Origin: the human T2T-CHM13v2.0 reference genome, Homo sapiens
Assembly (NCBI RefSeq): GCF_009914755.1
Contig: NC_060929.1
Reading direction: 5' to 3' (one strand)
Length of the DNA stretch: 64,000 nucleotides
Shown piece after piece: positions 28,369-47,200 of this stretch (position 1 is its first letter; each line of letters starts with the position of its first letter). The notes beneath the pieces are model-generated. The model was not told where the DNA came from. It searched no databases and saw nothing but the letters and a program-made list of their open reading frames with translations. Both the position numbers and the translations under genes were made by a program.

Positions 28369-28403
<35 letters not shown>

Positions 28404-28603
28404 CCCCGCCACCCCTCCCCATGTGAGGACACAGCAAAGAGGCAGTCATCCAAAAGCCGGGAAGAGACCGTCACCAGCAATCAAATTGACAAGGACTTTG
28501 ATCTTCGACCTCAAGTCTCTAGGACTGTGAAAAATAAGTATCTGTTGTTTAAGCCATCTAGTTTATGGCATTTTGTTATAGCATTCTTAGAAGACCAAAA
28601 ATA
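28203..28603 (+). mobile_element. MLT1A-like MaLR LTR containing (CT)n
   Basis: tgctatg...atttggagatgg...ccatgtgaggacacagc...tctgttgtttaagcca...ttttgttatagca. Confidence 0.88.
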
Positions 28604-28899
28604 TTGCTCCCCTTCCTTATATTCAGGAAGAGATAACCACAAACAAAAGTCATAGTAAATATTGCCAAACATGGCTTGGAGTATCATTGTAAAGTAGGAG
28701 GCTTAATAGGAAAGATAAGAAAATAGGTATTCAAATATGGGCATAATTATTCTTGATAATTTCTGAATTCAGAAGAGTTAAGTCCATTAATGTTAAAGAA
28801 AGTGTTTCCTCCCCTTTACAACTCTGAAGATTATGAATTTATCTCTAATGTGGATTAAGAAAGAATGATGAAAAAATATCAGTGACTGGTTTTATCAAA

Positions 28900-29445
28900 A
28901 ATAATAAAGAAAATGTGGTATATATACACAAGGAAATAGTATTCAGCCATAAAAAGTATGGAAATCTGTAATTTGCAACAACATAGATGGAACTGGAGGA
29001 CATTATGTTAAATGAAATAAATGAGGCACCCAAAGACAAATTTTGCATGTTTTTAATCATATGTGATAGATAAAATTTTTTTAATTGAACTCATGGAGAT
29101 AGAGAATAGAATCATGGTTACCAGAAGCTGAGAAGGGTAGTTGGGAAGGAAGGATAAAGTGTGGATAGTTAGTGGGTACAAAATATAATTAGAGTGAATA
29201 AAATCTAGTATTTGATAACACAACAGAATGACTGTATTTAATAATAATTTATTGTATATTTTAAAGTTACTAGAAGAGTGAAATTGAAATGTTCCTAACA
29301 CAAAGAAATGATAAATGCTTGAGGTCATAGATACTCCAATTGCCTGGATTTGATCACTACACATTGTATGCCTGTATCAAAACAACACATTTACCCCATC
29401 AATACGTGCAACTATTAGGTACCCATAAAAAAGTTAAAAATAAAT
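28900..29445 (+). mobile_element. L1MA2/3-like 3' end
   Basis: aaagaaaatgtggtatatatacaca...ggttaccagaagctgagaaggg...aacacaaagaaatgataaatgcttgagg...tacccataaaaaag. Confidence 0.92.
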
Positions 29446-29559
29446 CCAAATAAAGAACATCTTATTATCTATATACCATATAGAAATCAAGTTTATTAAA
29501 ACAGGCTTAAACATGAGTAGCAAATTTATAATAATAATTTTTAGTTGGTGACTACAAGC

Positions 29560-29895
29560 ACTACCTTTGCTCTTTCTGAAAATTTCAGTCACATCTCTGC
29601 TCTGCTTTTCATGCTTTTCTGAGAGTGCCCTGGATTTGATCTTAAATCATGAACTTTTTTTTTTTTTTTTAAGCTTAGAATCTTTTACCCTCTTGAGAGC
29701 CTGGGAATCTTCAAAAACAAGTCATGTTTCCTTTGTTTTAACAGTACTTGCTTTATATTATCTCTCGCCTGTCATCTTTATTCTAATCAGCAAGTAGGAA
29801 CCAAGGCAGCACTTTAAAAAATCTTGTCGAAAATCATCTTAGCTAGATTATCCAGTTCAGTAGGGGAATTTTCCACGTTATATATTACTTTAGCT
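29560..29895 (-). mobile_element. MaLR internal (MLT1-int-like) fragment
   Basis: cagcaagtaggaaccaaggcagcacttt...aaatcatcttagctagattatccagttca resembles antisense MLT1-int. Confidence 0.6.
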
Positions 29896-29929
29896 AGTAG
29901 TATTGATAAAATAAAAAAGAAACAGATCA

Positions 29930-31780
29930 TTCTACAATCATAGTAATAGATCTTAATTGCTCTGTATTTAACATACAGGCAAATATTACCATGTGAATGT
30001 GCCATTCATTGAGTTTCATATAGCATATTTCAAGAGGAGAATATTTTCATAATCCTGAAGTATTTTCTTATGCCCTCCCTCCCCAGCCCGTGTCCCCTAA
30101 CTTTACCATCCCAGATGACAGATATGATTTTATGATCCAAGCTATTGTTGTTCAACCCAGTATTTTATACAAATGGAATAATAATGTATGCACTTTTTTG
30201 TGTTACTGTGTTTCAACTACCATAATGTTTTTGAGGGTTGTCCTTCTCATTAGATGCATCACTATTTTTAAAATTTTTATTTTACTTAAATGGGGAGTAA
30301 ATCTTCAATTCAATAATGAATTGTATGACTATAAAATAGCTTGTTAAATTTTTTTTTTAATGAACATCTTTTTCCACTTTTTAAATACAATGAATAAAAT
30401 TTCTATATTCTTTCTGTTGAAATATATTTTAATTTCTCTTGAATAATTACCTAAGAGAATTTTGGAGTCATAGGCTTTATACATGCTTAACTTAAAAAAA
30501 AAAAAACGCCAAGAAGTTTTCTAAATGTTTGTATCATTTTACATTTCTACCAGCAATGTGTAAGAGTCCTGTCTGCTCCTTTTGATTGCTGACACTTGGT
30601 ATTAGCAGTCTTTATTTTAGACATTCTGATGCTTATGTATTTGTATTTTACTGTGGCTTGATTTTGGATTTCCTTGATGACTAATGATGTTGAGCAGTTT
30701 TACATGTGATTATTTGACATTCGTTTCCTTTTGTAAAGTTTTAATACTTTTACCTATTAATTTATGTTTGTATTTTTAATGAGTTGCAAGAATTTTTCAT
30801 AAATTTTAGAAAAAGTTATTTGTTAGATATATGCAAGTATTTTCCTTGTCTGAGTCACATATTATTTTCTTGATGTTTTCTAAAGACAAAAATTTTAAAT
30901 TTTATATCACTTTTATTTTTTATGTGCACTCTCTACAATCTAAGAAAACTTAGCCTGAGCCAATATTGCAAGATATTATACCTTTTCCTCTAATAATATT
31001 TTTGTTTGTTTTACTTTATATTATATTTTACCTTTATGCCCATCAATCTCATTTAATTGTTTTATTGAACATAATACTTGTATGTATTAATGGGGTACAC
31101 ATAATATTTTGATACATGCATACAATGTATAATGATCAAATCAGAGTAATTGAGATATCCATTACCTCAAGTATTTATCATTTCTTCTGTTGGGAACATT
31201 CTAAATATTATTTTCTAACAATCAATTCTTGTTGTTCAAGAATGTTATATAATGTGAAGTTGGACAATTTATTTTTTCTACATGTATAGTCAATACATAT
31301 GTATGTACATGTTATTCAAACAGCATTTATTGTAAAGATACTTATTTTTTCATTGAATTATTTGGTTTACTTGTCAAACAACATATCATGTACATATGGA
31401 TCTATTACTGGGCTTTCCAGTTCTGTTTATTTCTTTTTATATTTTTTTACTAATTTAACACTGTCTAGATTACTGTAGCTTTAAAGAAAGTATTAAAATC
31501 TGGTAAATTAAGTCCACAAACTTGTTTTTCTCAATCAAGATAAGTTGAGCTGTTATTGGTTCCTTGTATTTATAAGTAAATATTTAAATTATCTTGTACA
31601 TTTTTCTATATGAAGACGGCTAGAATTTTGATTGGAATTGTGTTCTGCAGATAGACCTATTTGGGGAAGAAATTATATCTTAATAATATTTAGTCTTTCA
31701 TCCTGCAAATTTTCTCAACGTTTTGTTTACAAAGAATAATTATGCATATATTTTACTACATTGGCCCTAAGTGATGATTT
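29930..31780 (-). mobile_element. Old L1M (ME/MC-like) 3' region with nested L1MA fragment at ~31055-31220
   Basis: acatttctaccagcaatgtgtaagagt...ccttgatgactaatgatgttgagca...attactgtagcttta...attttgattggaattg. Confidence 0.8.
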
Positions 31781-31849
31781 AGTTCCTACATAAATTATTT
31801 TTAAAATTTTAAAAACATTTATAAATAATGCTTTTTAGTTATACACCTG

Positions 31850-32160
31850 CACTATTCATAACCACAAATAGGATACAAGTAATATTCCATCAACAGTTGA
31901 TTGAATAAACTATGATGTATTCACATTATTGAATACTATATAGCAAAATAAACATCTAAGTTGTGACTTTGTAATTATACTGGTCAACCTGGGTGTAAGG
32001 TTTAAGAAATGGAAAAATGAAAATGGGTTCTGGCACTCAGTATTCTCTTTATTGATTTTAAAGTTGATTATATAATTGCATATAGCTGATAAAAATTCAT
32101 TTAGCTCTTCATATAGTCATATGTCTTCTCGTTTGTATGTGTATTATACTTAAAATGTGT
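31850..32160 (+). mobile_element. L1ME 3' fragment
   Basis: tccatcaacagttgattgaataaactatgatgtattcaca...gaatactata...tgtatgtgtattatactt. Confidence 0.65.
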
Positions 32161-32219
32161 AAAGGTCTTCCGATATGTATATAGAAATACTTCCTCCTCA
32201 TGTTTTCATATCTATTTGT

Positions 32220-33500
<1,281 letters not shown>

Positions 33501-34609
33501 AAAGGTACAGAATGACAGAAAAACAATCATATTACTTTGTTCTCTTCCTTTGAAAAGAAAGGTCCAGATTCATCATCGCTATCTTTCATGGGTACAGAAT
33601 TTTTCGGTATGGTGCCCTTTTTATTTGTTCTGTATAAGCTTGAATCAACAGTAAAGATTTGTTTGAACACATATACACCACATAATCCAATTATTTCTAT
33701 TCTATGCTCAACACTAAAACTACTTAATGAGAAGTTTTAAGTCTTTTGCAGTACTTTGGAAGAGCACAGTAACTTAATGCATTAAGTCCTGAATATGCAG
33801 TCATAAAAAGATATGACTGTTCATGTGCATAAATATATATGCATACATATACAATCACAAAGGGATAGGCCCCTCTTGTTCAGAATTATGTCTAATATGT
33901 ATTAGTTACTTATTTAAAAATGAAATTTAATTTTAGCTAGAATTGCACTGACATTTCATAGGGAATTTTATTGAATTACCTTTGATAAAGAAAGAAATTC
34001 CTATTTTGAAAAGTGATAAGCTACATAATGTTAACAATAAATGGAATATAAAAGAAGTTAAAGAGGTGTGGGTTTTTACTCATCTGTACATTTTCAGGAA
34101 TCTCCTCTCTCACAGGCCAAAGAGTTTTCACTCAACCTGAAAGAAAAATCTAGCATATAATTTAAAAACTTTGGCCAGGAGAGCGTTAGTACAGATTTTT
34201 CTAGATCAGTACCTGAACATCATATGGTCAGGCTAAGAAAAATCAATCAAATAAAATATTACAGCAGAAGAATGTAAGACAACAGTAAATGTTACTGAAG
34301 ATACACAATAGCTAAGAACAACATAGTCAACAACAAATAAAAACTCTTTTTGCAGTGGAGACCTATAAATGTAGGTTAATATTATTGACGTAACTACAAA
34401 TAACAAATGCATACTTACATTTTGAATTATAAAACATTCCACAATCTAAAGTATCTAATATTAAAGTATATATATTACAAATTACAGTGAATGACTCATT
34501 ATTTTCAAGACTATCTCTTAATAATGACATTATATTATGTGTGCTATTAATAAAATAATATATCTGTTTTTTAAAAGACAAGTATTTGTTATTTTTGAAA
34601 TTAAAAAAA

Positions 34610-35670
34610 GGTGTTACTAGGTAAAAACAGTAAATGACTAGAAATACTGAAACAAACGTTATTTGGTATGAGATGCAATGGAGTTGGCAACAAGATAGGA
34701 AACATAAAGAGATGATAAATAAAGACTGCTGGAAAATAATTTGGTTCAGTAGGGGAGAAAATTAAATTAACCACTGAGAAGAAAAAGAAAGAAGTTTCTT
34801 CTTCATAACGTTCAGCATTATTGAAAAATCAATGAAAGCTATGTGTAGAACCTAGTGATTACATCCAATCCCAATGTGCATTAATTATTGTTTATCTAGG
34901 GATAGGGAAGTAGTAGGCTTGTATACCTTATTGTGCTCTCTTGGCTGTTTAAAAAAGAATTAGACATCAAGACAGAAAAAGAGTTCTTAAACAAGAAATA
35001 AAAAGAAAGACAGACTAATTCAGTTGCATAAAAATAAAACAACTTCTCTTCTTCAGTAGATTTAGATTTAATTAAGTAAACCAGGAAATACAAGCCATAA
35101 ATGTAGAAAAGTATTGGAAGTTCAGATATGCAAGAAAGACTTACTAACTAAAAAATATAAGGAAATGCTACAAATTACTACAAAAGGGCAAAGACAATAA
35201 GTGGTATAAAATATAAACTGAACAGAACCTGAAATAAAAATTGTCAATAAATATACATTTTAAAATGTTAACTAGCCTAGTATTAAAAATATAAATTCAA
35301 TTATTAAGTACATGTTTTTATCCATCTTTTCAAATCAAAATCTGACATTACCTTGTTTTGGAAAAAATTTGAAACTATAGCACTCATACATTGATGATAG
35401 AAGTTAAATTAGTGCAATCACTTTAAAGGGCAAGTAATTTGAAAATGTGCCTCTCCTATGTACAAAAATTTACTCATAAAGAAACACAGATTCTTATGTC
35501 AAGGAAAGATTAAGAATGTTTATACCACCATAGTTTGTAATTTAAAAATATATAATTATCTATAATGAATAAATTAATAACAGTATATTATAAAATTGAA
35601 TATATATAATAGTGAGAATGAATGATCTAGGAAAACACATATAGGCATTAATAATTTTCTCAGATAAAAA
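34610..35670 (+). mobile_element. Very old L1ME ORF2 3'/3'UTR fragments
   Basis: Patchy similarity (cactcatacattgatgatagaagttaaattagtgcaatcacttt; gaatgtttataccaccatagtttgtaat). Confidence 0.6.
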
Positions 35671-35676
35671 TGTTTA

Positions 35677-36104
<428 letters not shown>

Positions 36105-36284
36105 TTACCTGTTATTTTTGACAAATGATTTTTCACGGTAAATTCAAAAGTAAATTTAAAAAATTGTTGGCATCTCATAAGAAGGAAATCAGCAAATCAT
36201 TCATCCATTTGACTTCAGTTTGGTTTTCCTCCACGGTGCTGCTTATATAAATCTATTTTTAAATAAATCTTAGTACACAGTTGA

Positions 36285-37185
36285 AAATGTCGGTATTCTG
36301 TCTTTCAACATTAACTGTAATGTCAGCTGAGGGTTTTTCCTAGATCCTATTTATCTATGTGAGGAAATTCTTTCCATTGCTCTTATATTGAGTGTTTTTA
36401 TAATGAAAGTGTATTAGTTTGTCTAATGCTTTATATGAGTCTACTGAGATTATCAGGTTAACTGTTTATACTCATTATTTGATCTTATCAGATTTTAAAT
36501 TTCTTTTTTAGTCCATTTTGGTATTTGATATCTTTCTCAGAATTTATCAGTTTCATCTAAGTTTTCTAATGTATAGGCTTATTATGGTTCATAATATTCT
36601 CATAATCTTTTAAAAAAATTTTGTAAGATTGATAAAAGATGTCTCCTCTTTCATTCCCAATTTTGGAAATTTGAGTCTTTCTTCTCCTCTTTTTCTGTCA
36701 TTCTAGCTAAAAGTTTTTCATTTTGTTTATCTTCCAAAGAGACAACTTTTACTCTCATTGTTTCCCTCTTAATGTTTTTATATATTTTACTTCATTTATT
36801 TCCAATCTAATCTTTATTATTTCCTTTATTTTTACTTTGGATTTATTTTGTTTGTTATTTTTCTAGTTTCCTAAGTTGTATGTTTAGGTTGTTTATTTAA
36901 AATTTTACTTCTTTTGCAATATAAACATTTACCGCTATAAATTTCCCTTTAAACACTGTCTAGAGGCATCACTTAACTCATATTGTGTTTTGGTACAATC
37001 ATTTGAAAATATTTTCAATGTTTTCTTCTAATATGTTTTTTACTCATTTGTTAATTTTTGTTAATTTTGGTGAATTTCCAAAGTTCTGAAAAAAAGTTGA
37101 TTTTGCCAGATTTTGATAATGTTCTCACTGATTGTATAGATTTGTAGATTTTCAAAAGTTGTCACTCTATCAGTTTGGAAGTGTT
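36285..37185 (-). mobile_element. Old L1M fragments
   Basis: ttaactgtaatgtcagctgagggttttt...tttcatctaagttttctaat...gctataaatttccct. Confidence 0.75.
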
Positions 37186-37959
37186 TACAATGATATAGTC
37201 TAAAAGAAAACTATATTTTTGGAGGGGGCATTCTAAATTCTAAAACATCATGTTTCCTGAGAAATTTATGTGAGGTTTCTGAAAAGCTTTCAATATTTGG
37301 GGGCTTTTTTGTTTGCTTGCTTTTTATGATTTCATTTATCATAACAGAATTACTGCTGTTTCATTTGTCACTATATCTCAGCTAAAAATGTTAATATTTT
37401 ACTTGAATATCAGTTGATGTAATTTCACTGCAGATGTGGTAAAATTTTAGAAAAAAATGAACACATTTTTATCTTTATATAATTTTAAAACATTAAAGTA
37501 ATTTTAAATAAAAGGCAAAAAGATATTATCAATATATTTCATTTTAGAATTTAAAACTTTGAATTATAATACTACTCTTACTTGTATCTATTACTATTAG
37601 AAGAAAATTATTTGGAGAATTATAAGGTTATTGTCCATTAATTTACTAATATAAAAAATATTAGTCTGGTTATTGCATCAAAGAAGAGTAAAAACACTTC
37701 CCAGGTAATAACAATTGTAAGCAAAATTGATGGCAGTATTGGACAATATATAAATGAACACAGAGTCTTTACTTTGATTTTGCTGAGAAATATACATTTT
37801 CAAAAGCTGATTTAGTTATAATATTAATTATTTTAAATATGGTATTGCATATTTTATCAAAGTACTTCGTAAAGTAGATTGGATGATTGATTCTGATTTT
37901 TGAGTATTTTTTTCTTACTTTTCCAACTAAATTATACTGATATTTTATATATTAAGGAT

Positions 37960-38155
37960 TTTGATCATGAACTCTTCCATTTATCTATGAGCCCTTGGGA
38001 AAATCGTGAACCTTTATTTCTTTAATTGTAAATTCAGAAAAAATACAGTCACTGCTTTATCTAATAAAGCATGGGCTTATTAGATAACTAAAACATACCA
38101 AGATTGCTTATAAAAGTACCTTAAATGTGGAAGAAATATATTAATTATTATTACT
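37960..38155 (+). mobile_element. MIR-like fragment
   Basis: tccatttatctatgagcccttgggaaaatc...tttctttaattgtaaa...ttattatta. Confidence 0.5.
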
Positions 38156-38855
38156 AGCAAATCAACTACTCACTTTCTTGCCTCTAACACACCTTCTCAT
38201 GAAGCTAAAACAGAACAAATTTTACTTCAGTTCAGAATTTTGTTTTCATAAACTTACAGTTACCAAAATTAGAATATTCCATATTAATCCTTAAGAAACC
38301 CATAAAAAGGTTACCTAAAGACTGTTTATTTATTTTAATATTCTTATCATGAATTTTTTTTACCAATTAGAAGTTCAACTTAGACAAAGATGGACTCTGT
38401 TTACACTGTTAAGATTAATTCTACAAAAGCCAATGATTGCTATGAAATGAAACAAGTGTGCATATTCTGTAGTAAGTGTTTATTCTGGATTAAAAATTGA
38501 TTAATAAAAAATAGATCACTAATTTATTTATCAAAAATGTCATCAGTTTTAAATATCTAAGCAATTATATGAAGAAGAAGTATTGACATAGAAGATGCTT
38601 GTGATGTCATTTGAAAAGTATGCTGACTCAAGATTAAAACCACATCTCTCTTATCACACAAACATTGATGAAAGTAACTCAGATTTGGCATTGAGACATT
38701 AGTTCTGACACCACCTCTGCTAATACTGTATGCTTGGCTTTCATGAAAGGTTAAACGAAACAAGATTTAACCTCATGAAAGTCATGAAAGTGTTATTCTT
38801 TAAAAACAGCTCTAAGGTATATGCAATATAAATAAAACTATATAAAAGCAAAACA

Positions 38856-40855
<2,000 letters not shown>

Positions 40856-40859
40856 AAAA

Positions 40860-41195
40860 TTTAATTGTGGTAAAATGTACATAAAATGTATCCTGTGAAT
40901 CATATATGGATACAGCCATATATATAAGGATTTATTTCTGGGCACCTCATTTTATTCCTTTGCTATATATGTATGTCTGTCTTTATGACGGTATCGCACT
41001 GTTTGTTTACCATCACTTTTGAATGAAAGTACTTTTTGAAAGATTGTTTTGGCTATTTGCGACCTCTTGAGATTTCATATGAATTTTATAAAAACTTCTA
41101 TTTCTTTAAAGAATGTTATTGGAATTTCTATAGGTATTGCATTGAACTCATAGGCTGTTTTGGGTAGTATTGACATCAAAACATTATTAAGTCCA
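40860..41195 (-). mobile_element. L1M ORF2 fragment
   Basis: Peptide ILPKTAYEFNAIPIEIPITFFKEIE (L1 ORF2-like) in the ORF track. Confidence 0.85.
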
Positions 41196-41969
41196 TAATT
41201 TCCTATTTTTAAAATATAGCCAATACAGTAGGCAGATGTGAGATATTTAAGAACAATTGTCAGAACTACAGGGCAGTTTCCAGATTGCATATAAGTGACC
41301 TTAACAATTTACAACAAAAGTCTCACTGCAGCACGCACAACTTTTGAGGAAACTTTAATTTTAGAGAAAAGGAAATATCAGCAACAAAAGCAGAAGTGAA
41401 AATAATTTCCAAGTTACAATTCTACACTTAGCTATGGTATCAATCAGACGTGAAGGCAGATTAAAGACATAATGGATGTCAAATGGAAAAATTTCACTTT
41501 TCTCTACATTTTGGCTGTGACCTCAAGCTGAAAAAGTAGATAATAATAGTCACATAATCGAAAATGAGTTGAAGACACATCTCCAGTTAATTTGAAAATA
41601 GTTGACTTGAAATTTCTCACTTGCAACCCATAACCCATCTAACTATTTATGAGCAGATGATAATATAGAGATTTATCAAAAAGGGAAAGGAGACATTGTA
41701 ACATTAGTAGTTAGTCTAGTATGACGTTCTATTTATATACTCTCTTTCCAATACCCAATTAAATAAAATCAATGGGTGGTCCCTGGCAACAACATAAAAC
41801 CTAATGAAAATATTGGAGTATTATTTCCATTTTGAGTAGTGTGAGATTAATGCGCTTTTTTAACAATTGAGGGAAATTTATGCACAAATAAATTACCTAG
41901 GAAAAAGCTAAACACATGCACAAACAAACGTATTCATTGTTGAAAATAGGCATGGTAGATCATTTTGGA

Positions 41970-42095
41970 GAGGATTATAGAAAATGTAAGGGGTGGGTGT
42001 AGAGAGAGAATATATGGGAAAACTTTGCACTTTCTGTTGAATTTTTCTGTAAACTAAAACCATTCTACAAAATAGTCTATTGATCTTTAAAAACT
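41970..42095 (+). mobile_element. L1M 3' terminal fragment
   Basis: tatatgggaaaactttgcactttctgttgaatttttctgtaaactaaaac. Confidence 0.75.
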
Positions 42096-43170
<1,075 letters not shown>

Positions 43171-43171
43171 A

Positions 43172-43227
43172 TGGATTTTAACAAGCTCTTCAAGTAATTT
43201 TGATGCCTGACAACTCTAGAATAACAG
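43172..43227. mobile_element. MER5-like hAT fragment
   Basis: ttttaacaagctcttcaagtaattttgatgc...tagaataacag. Confidence 0.45.
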
Positions 43228-44279
43228 AGAAAAAAACTCAAATTACACCGTTTGGGTGGTGAGAACCAGCACATTTTTTTTTTTCACGTAAAATGATCCC
43301 CCAAAGCAGTTAAAAGTAATATAATTCTTTTAACTGAACTCTTATAAGAAAGTGATGAAAAACACAACAGACTTCATACAAGGCTCTATTCACCCCTTTA
43401 TTCCAAAGACAGTCTCTTTGCAAAAACTCGGCTCTGATCTTTCTCCCTGTCACATGGTTTGTGAACTCTCCAGCTCAAGAAATTGACATTGTCAGTCCCC
43501 TTAGCTTTCTCTTTTTATCCCTTTTACACTCCACATTGACATTTCATGTCTATAAGTAAATATGTCTATACATATCTCACATATTTTTTCTACCTGAATT
43601 CTATATATTACCTCACTACATAAAAGGAAAAAATATCTTTATAAATCAGGTAAAAATAAAGCAATTTTAAATATATGCATAATCTTGTTATAAAATGAAG
43701 TCTACATTTTTACCTAGAGCTGAGACCATTTGCTGAGTTTTGTGTGGTTTGGCATGTTTGAGTCATTAAGAAAGATGTTAATTGAAAGTAAATCATCAGG
43801 ATCCTGAGAAATTTCATACTTTGATCCTCTGGGTTTCTTCGATTCTAGTAACTATATGTAAACAATTTCTATATAGTGCGTTCAGTGTTCAAAGTGTGTT
43901 TATACATATTACAGCTTCTTGTTTCTTAGTGAAAGTTGTAAAGCTCACAAAATAAAAGTGCAAGTTCAATTTCATTAATAGCTTGAAGTTTAAGCTCAAT
44001 TTCGTTAATTTCATCTTAGGTGTGTCATTACCCATTTAGTTTGAAATTTTTCCAATTTGCATGTGATAGTATCCATTATACTTTTAACTGATTATTTTGC
44101 ATGTATTTTAGAAAAAACCACACAGAGAAAATTATGAGGTGTCTCAAATAGAATTTAAAGAAAAGCCAAAAATGAGATTTGTCATAGAATATGATAATAA
44201 AGAGAAATTCAACATCAGATGTTACCAAGATTGCTGACACAATGAAACAAACAGAATATAGGAAAAAAAGTTATTATTA

Positions 44280-47200
44280 CTGTATCAGTGGATTAGCAGT
44301 GGTCTCACGTTATGGTATTGACTTGCATTCCCCTAATGGTGAATGATTGGTAGCATTTTTTACTATGCTTGTCACCTCTATATCATTTGGAGCAATGGCT
44401 GTTCAATTTGTGTGCCCGTTTTCAAATCGGGTTGTCTTTTTCTTTTAGAGCTATAAAAGTTTTTTTGTATACTTTAGATATGCCTCATCATAGATATGTT
44501 TGGCAAAAATGTTTTTGTATCACAATTTAGAAATCATTGCCTAATTTAACGTTATAAATATTTGCTTCTATGTTTACATGTAAGATTTGTATAATTTTTG
44601 CTCTTATAATAAGGTCTATTACCTATTTTGATATGATAATTGTATGTTGTGTGAGGTAGGATTCCAAGTGTATTCTTTTACATACTGATAACTAGTTGGC
44701 CGAGGACTATTTGTTGAAAAGGCTAATATTTCCAACAGTGAAGTGTCGTGGCATCCTTGTCAAAAATTAGTTGACCGTAAATGTGAGGATTTATTATTGC
44801 CTAATTGTTCTGGGTGTAAGCTCCGGTATGATATTGAATAGAGGTGACAAGAGTAAATAATATGTTGTATTATTGATCTTAGGAGGAAAGCTGTCAGTCA
44901 TTCTTCATTAACATAATGTTAACTGTGGCCATTTTATATATGATTTTTACCAGGTTGAAGACACACCAACATGGTTTGGCTGTATCCCCACCGAAATTGC
45001 ATCTTGAATTGTGGCTCCCAGAATCCCCATGTGTTGTGGGAGGGACCAAGTGGGAGGTAATTGAATCATGAGGGTGAGTTTTTCCCACGTTGTTCTTGTG
45101 ACAGTGAATACGTCTCACAAGCTCTGATGGTTTATAAATGGCAGTTCTCCTGGACATGCTTTATTGCCTGCTGCCATGTAAGATGTGCCTTTGCTTCTTC
45201 TTCACCTTCCACCATGATTGTAAGGCCTCCCCAGCCATGTGAAACCATGAGTTCAATGAATCTCTTTTTCTTTATTAATTAACAAGTTTTGGGTATTTAT
45301 TTATAACAGTATGAAAATGAACTAATACAGTATATTGGTACAGGTAGAGTTGGGTACGGTTATTAAGATACATGAAAAAGTGAAGGCAACTTTGGAACTG
45401 GGAAACAGGCAGAGCCTGAAACAGTTTGGAGAACTCAAAAGAAGACACAAAGATGTGGGAAAGTTTGGAGCTTCCTAGAGACTTGTTTAATGGTTTTGAC
45501 CAAAATGCTTATAGTGATATGGAAAATGAAGATCAGGCTGAGGTGGTCTCAGATGGAGATGAGTAGCTTATTGGGAACTGGAGAAAAAGTAATTCTTGAG
45601 ATGTTTTAGCAAAGAGATTGGCAGCATTTTGCCCCTGCCACAGAGATCTGTGGAACTTTGGACTTTAGAGAGATGATTTAGAGTATCTGGTGGAAGAAAT
45701 TTCTAAGCAGCAAAGTGTTCATTAGGTGATTTAAGTGCTTGTAAAAGCATTCTGTTTTCTTCATTCACAAAAATATGGTTTGGAATTGGAACTCATGTTT
45801 AAAAGGGAAGCAGAGCATAAAGGTTTGGAAAATTTGCAGCCTGATGATGCAATAGAAAAGAAAAAACCCATTTTCTGAGGAGAAATTCAAACCAGCTGCA
45901 GAAATTTGCATAAGTAATGAGGAGCCAAATGTTAATATCCAAGGCAATGGGGAACATGTCTCCAAGGCATGTCAGAAGTCTTCACAGAAGCCCCTCCCAT
46001 CACAGGCCTGGAGGCCTAGGAAGAAAGAATGGTTTCCTGGGCTGGGCCCAGGGCCTTGCTGCTTTGTACAGTCTTGGGACTTGGAGTCCCAGCCATAGCT
46101 AAAAAAGGCCAATGTGTAGCTATCACCATTACTTCAGAGGGTGCAAGCCCCAAGCCTTACAAATGGTGTTGGGTCTGCAGATACACAGAAATCAATAACT
46201 GAAGTTTGAGAACATCCACCTAGATTTCAGAGAAAGTATGGAAGCTCCTGGATGTCCTGGCAGAGGTGTGCTGCATGGGTGGAGCCCTCATTGGGAAGCT
46301 CTGCTAGGGCAGTGTGCAAGGAAAATGTGATGTAGAAGCCCCCATAAAGAGTTCCCACTAGAGCGCTGCCTAGTGGAGCTTTGAGAAGAGGGTCACCATA
46401 CTCCAGACCCCAGAATGGTAGATCCACCCACTGCTTGCACCACGGGCCTGGAAAAAGCCACAAACACTCAATGCTAGCCTGTGAATGCAGCCAGGATCTG
46501 TGCTGTACCCTACAAAGCCACAGGGGTAGAGCTCCCCAAGATTATGGGAACCCACTTCTTGCATCAGCGTGACCTGGATGTGAGACACGGAGTCAAAGGA
46601 GATCATTTTGGAGCTCTAATATTTGATACCCCACTGAATTTCAGACTTGTGTGGGGCCTGTAGCCCCTTCATTTTGGCCAATTTTTCCAATTTGGAAGGG
46701 GTGTATTTACCCAATGCCTGTATCCCCATTGTATCTAGGAAGTAATTAATTCACTTTTGATTTTATAGGCTCATAGGTGAATGGGACTTACCTTGTCTCA
46801 GATGAGACTTTGGACTGTGAACTTTTAAATTAATGCTGAAATAAGTTAATATTTGGGGGTACCATTGGGAAGGCATGGTTGGTTTTGAAGTGTGAGAACA
46901 TGAGATTTTGGTGGAGCCAGGGGCAGAATCTCACGATTCTCATGAGAATCAAATCTCTTCTTGAATTGTAGCCTCACAATCCCCACATGTCATGAGAGAG
47001 ACACCAGGAAAGGGGGTGGGGGGGGGTAACTGAATCATGGGTCTGAGTTTTTCCCATTCTATTCTTATGATAGTGATTAAGTCTCATGAGATCTGATGGT
47101 TTTATAAAGGGCAGTTCCCCTGCACAAGCTCACTTACCTGTCACCATATAAGACATGCCTTTCCTCCTCTTTTGCCTTCAACCATGATTGTGAGGCATCC

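Noticed and set aside
38740-38790. Short imperfect hairpin with repeated tcatgaaag
   Set aside because: Stems of 7 bp in AT-rich DNA are expected by chance
45226-45238. PRDM9 hotspot motif in THE1 LTR
   Set aside because: Sequence is cctccccagccat, lacking the T7 and final C of CCTCCCTNNCCAC
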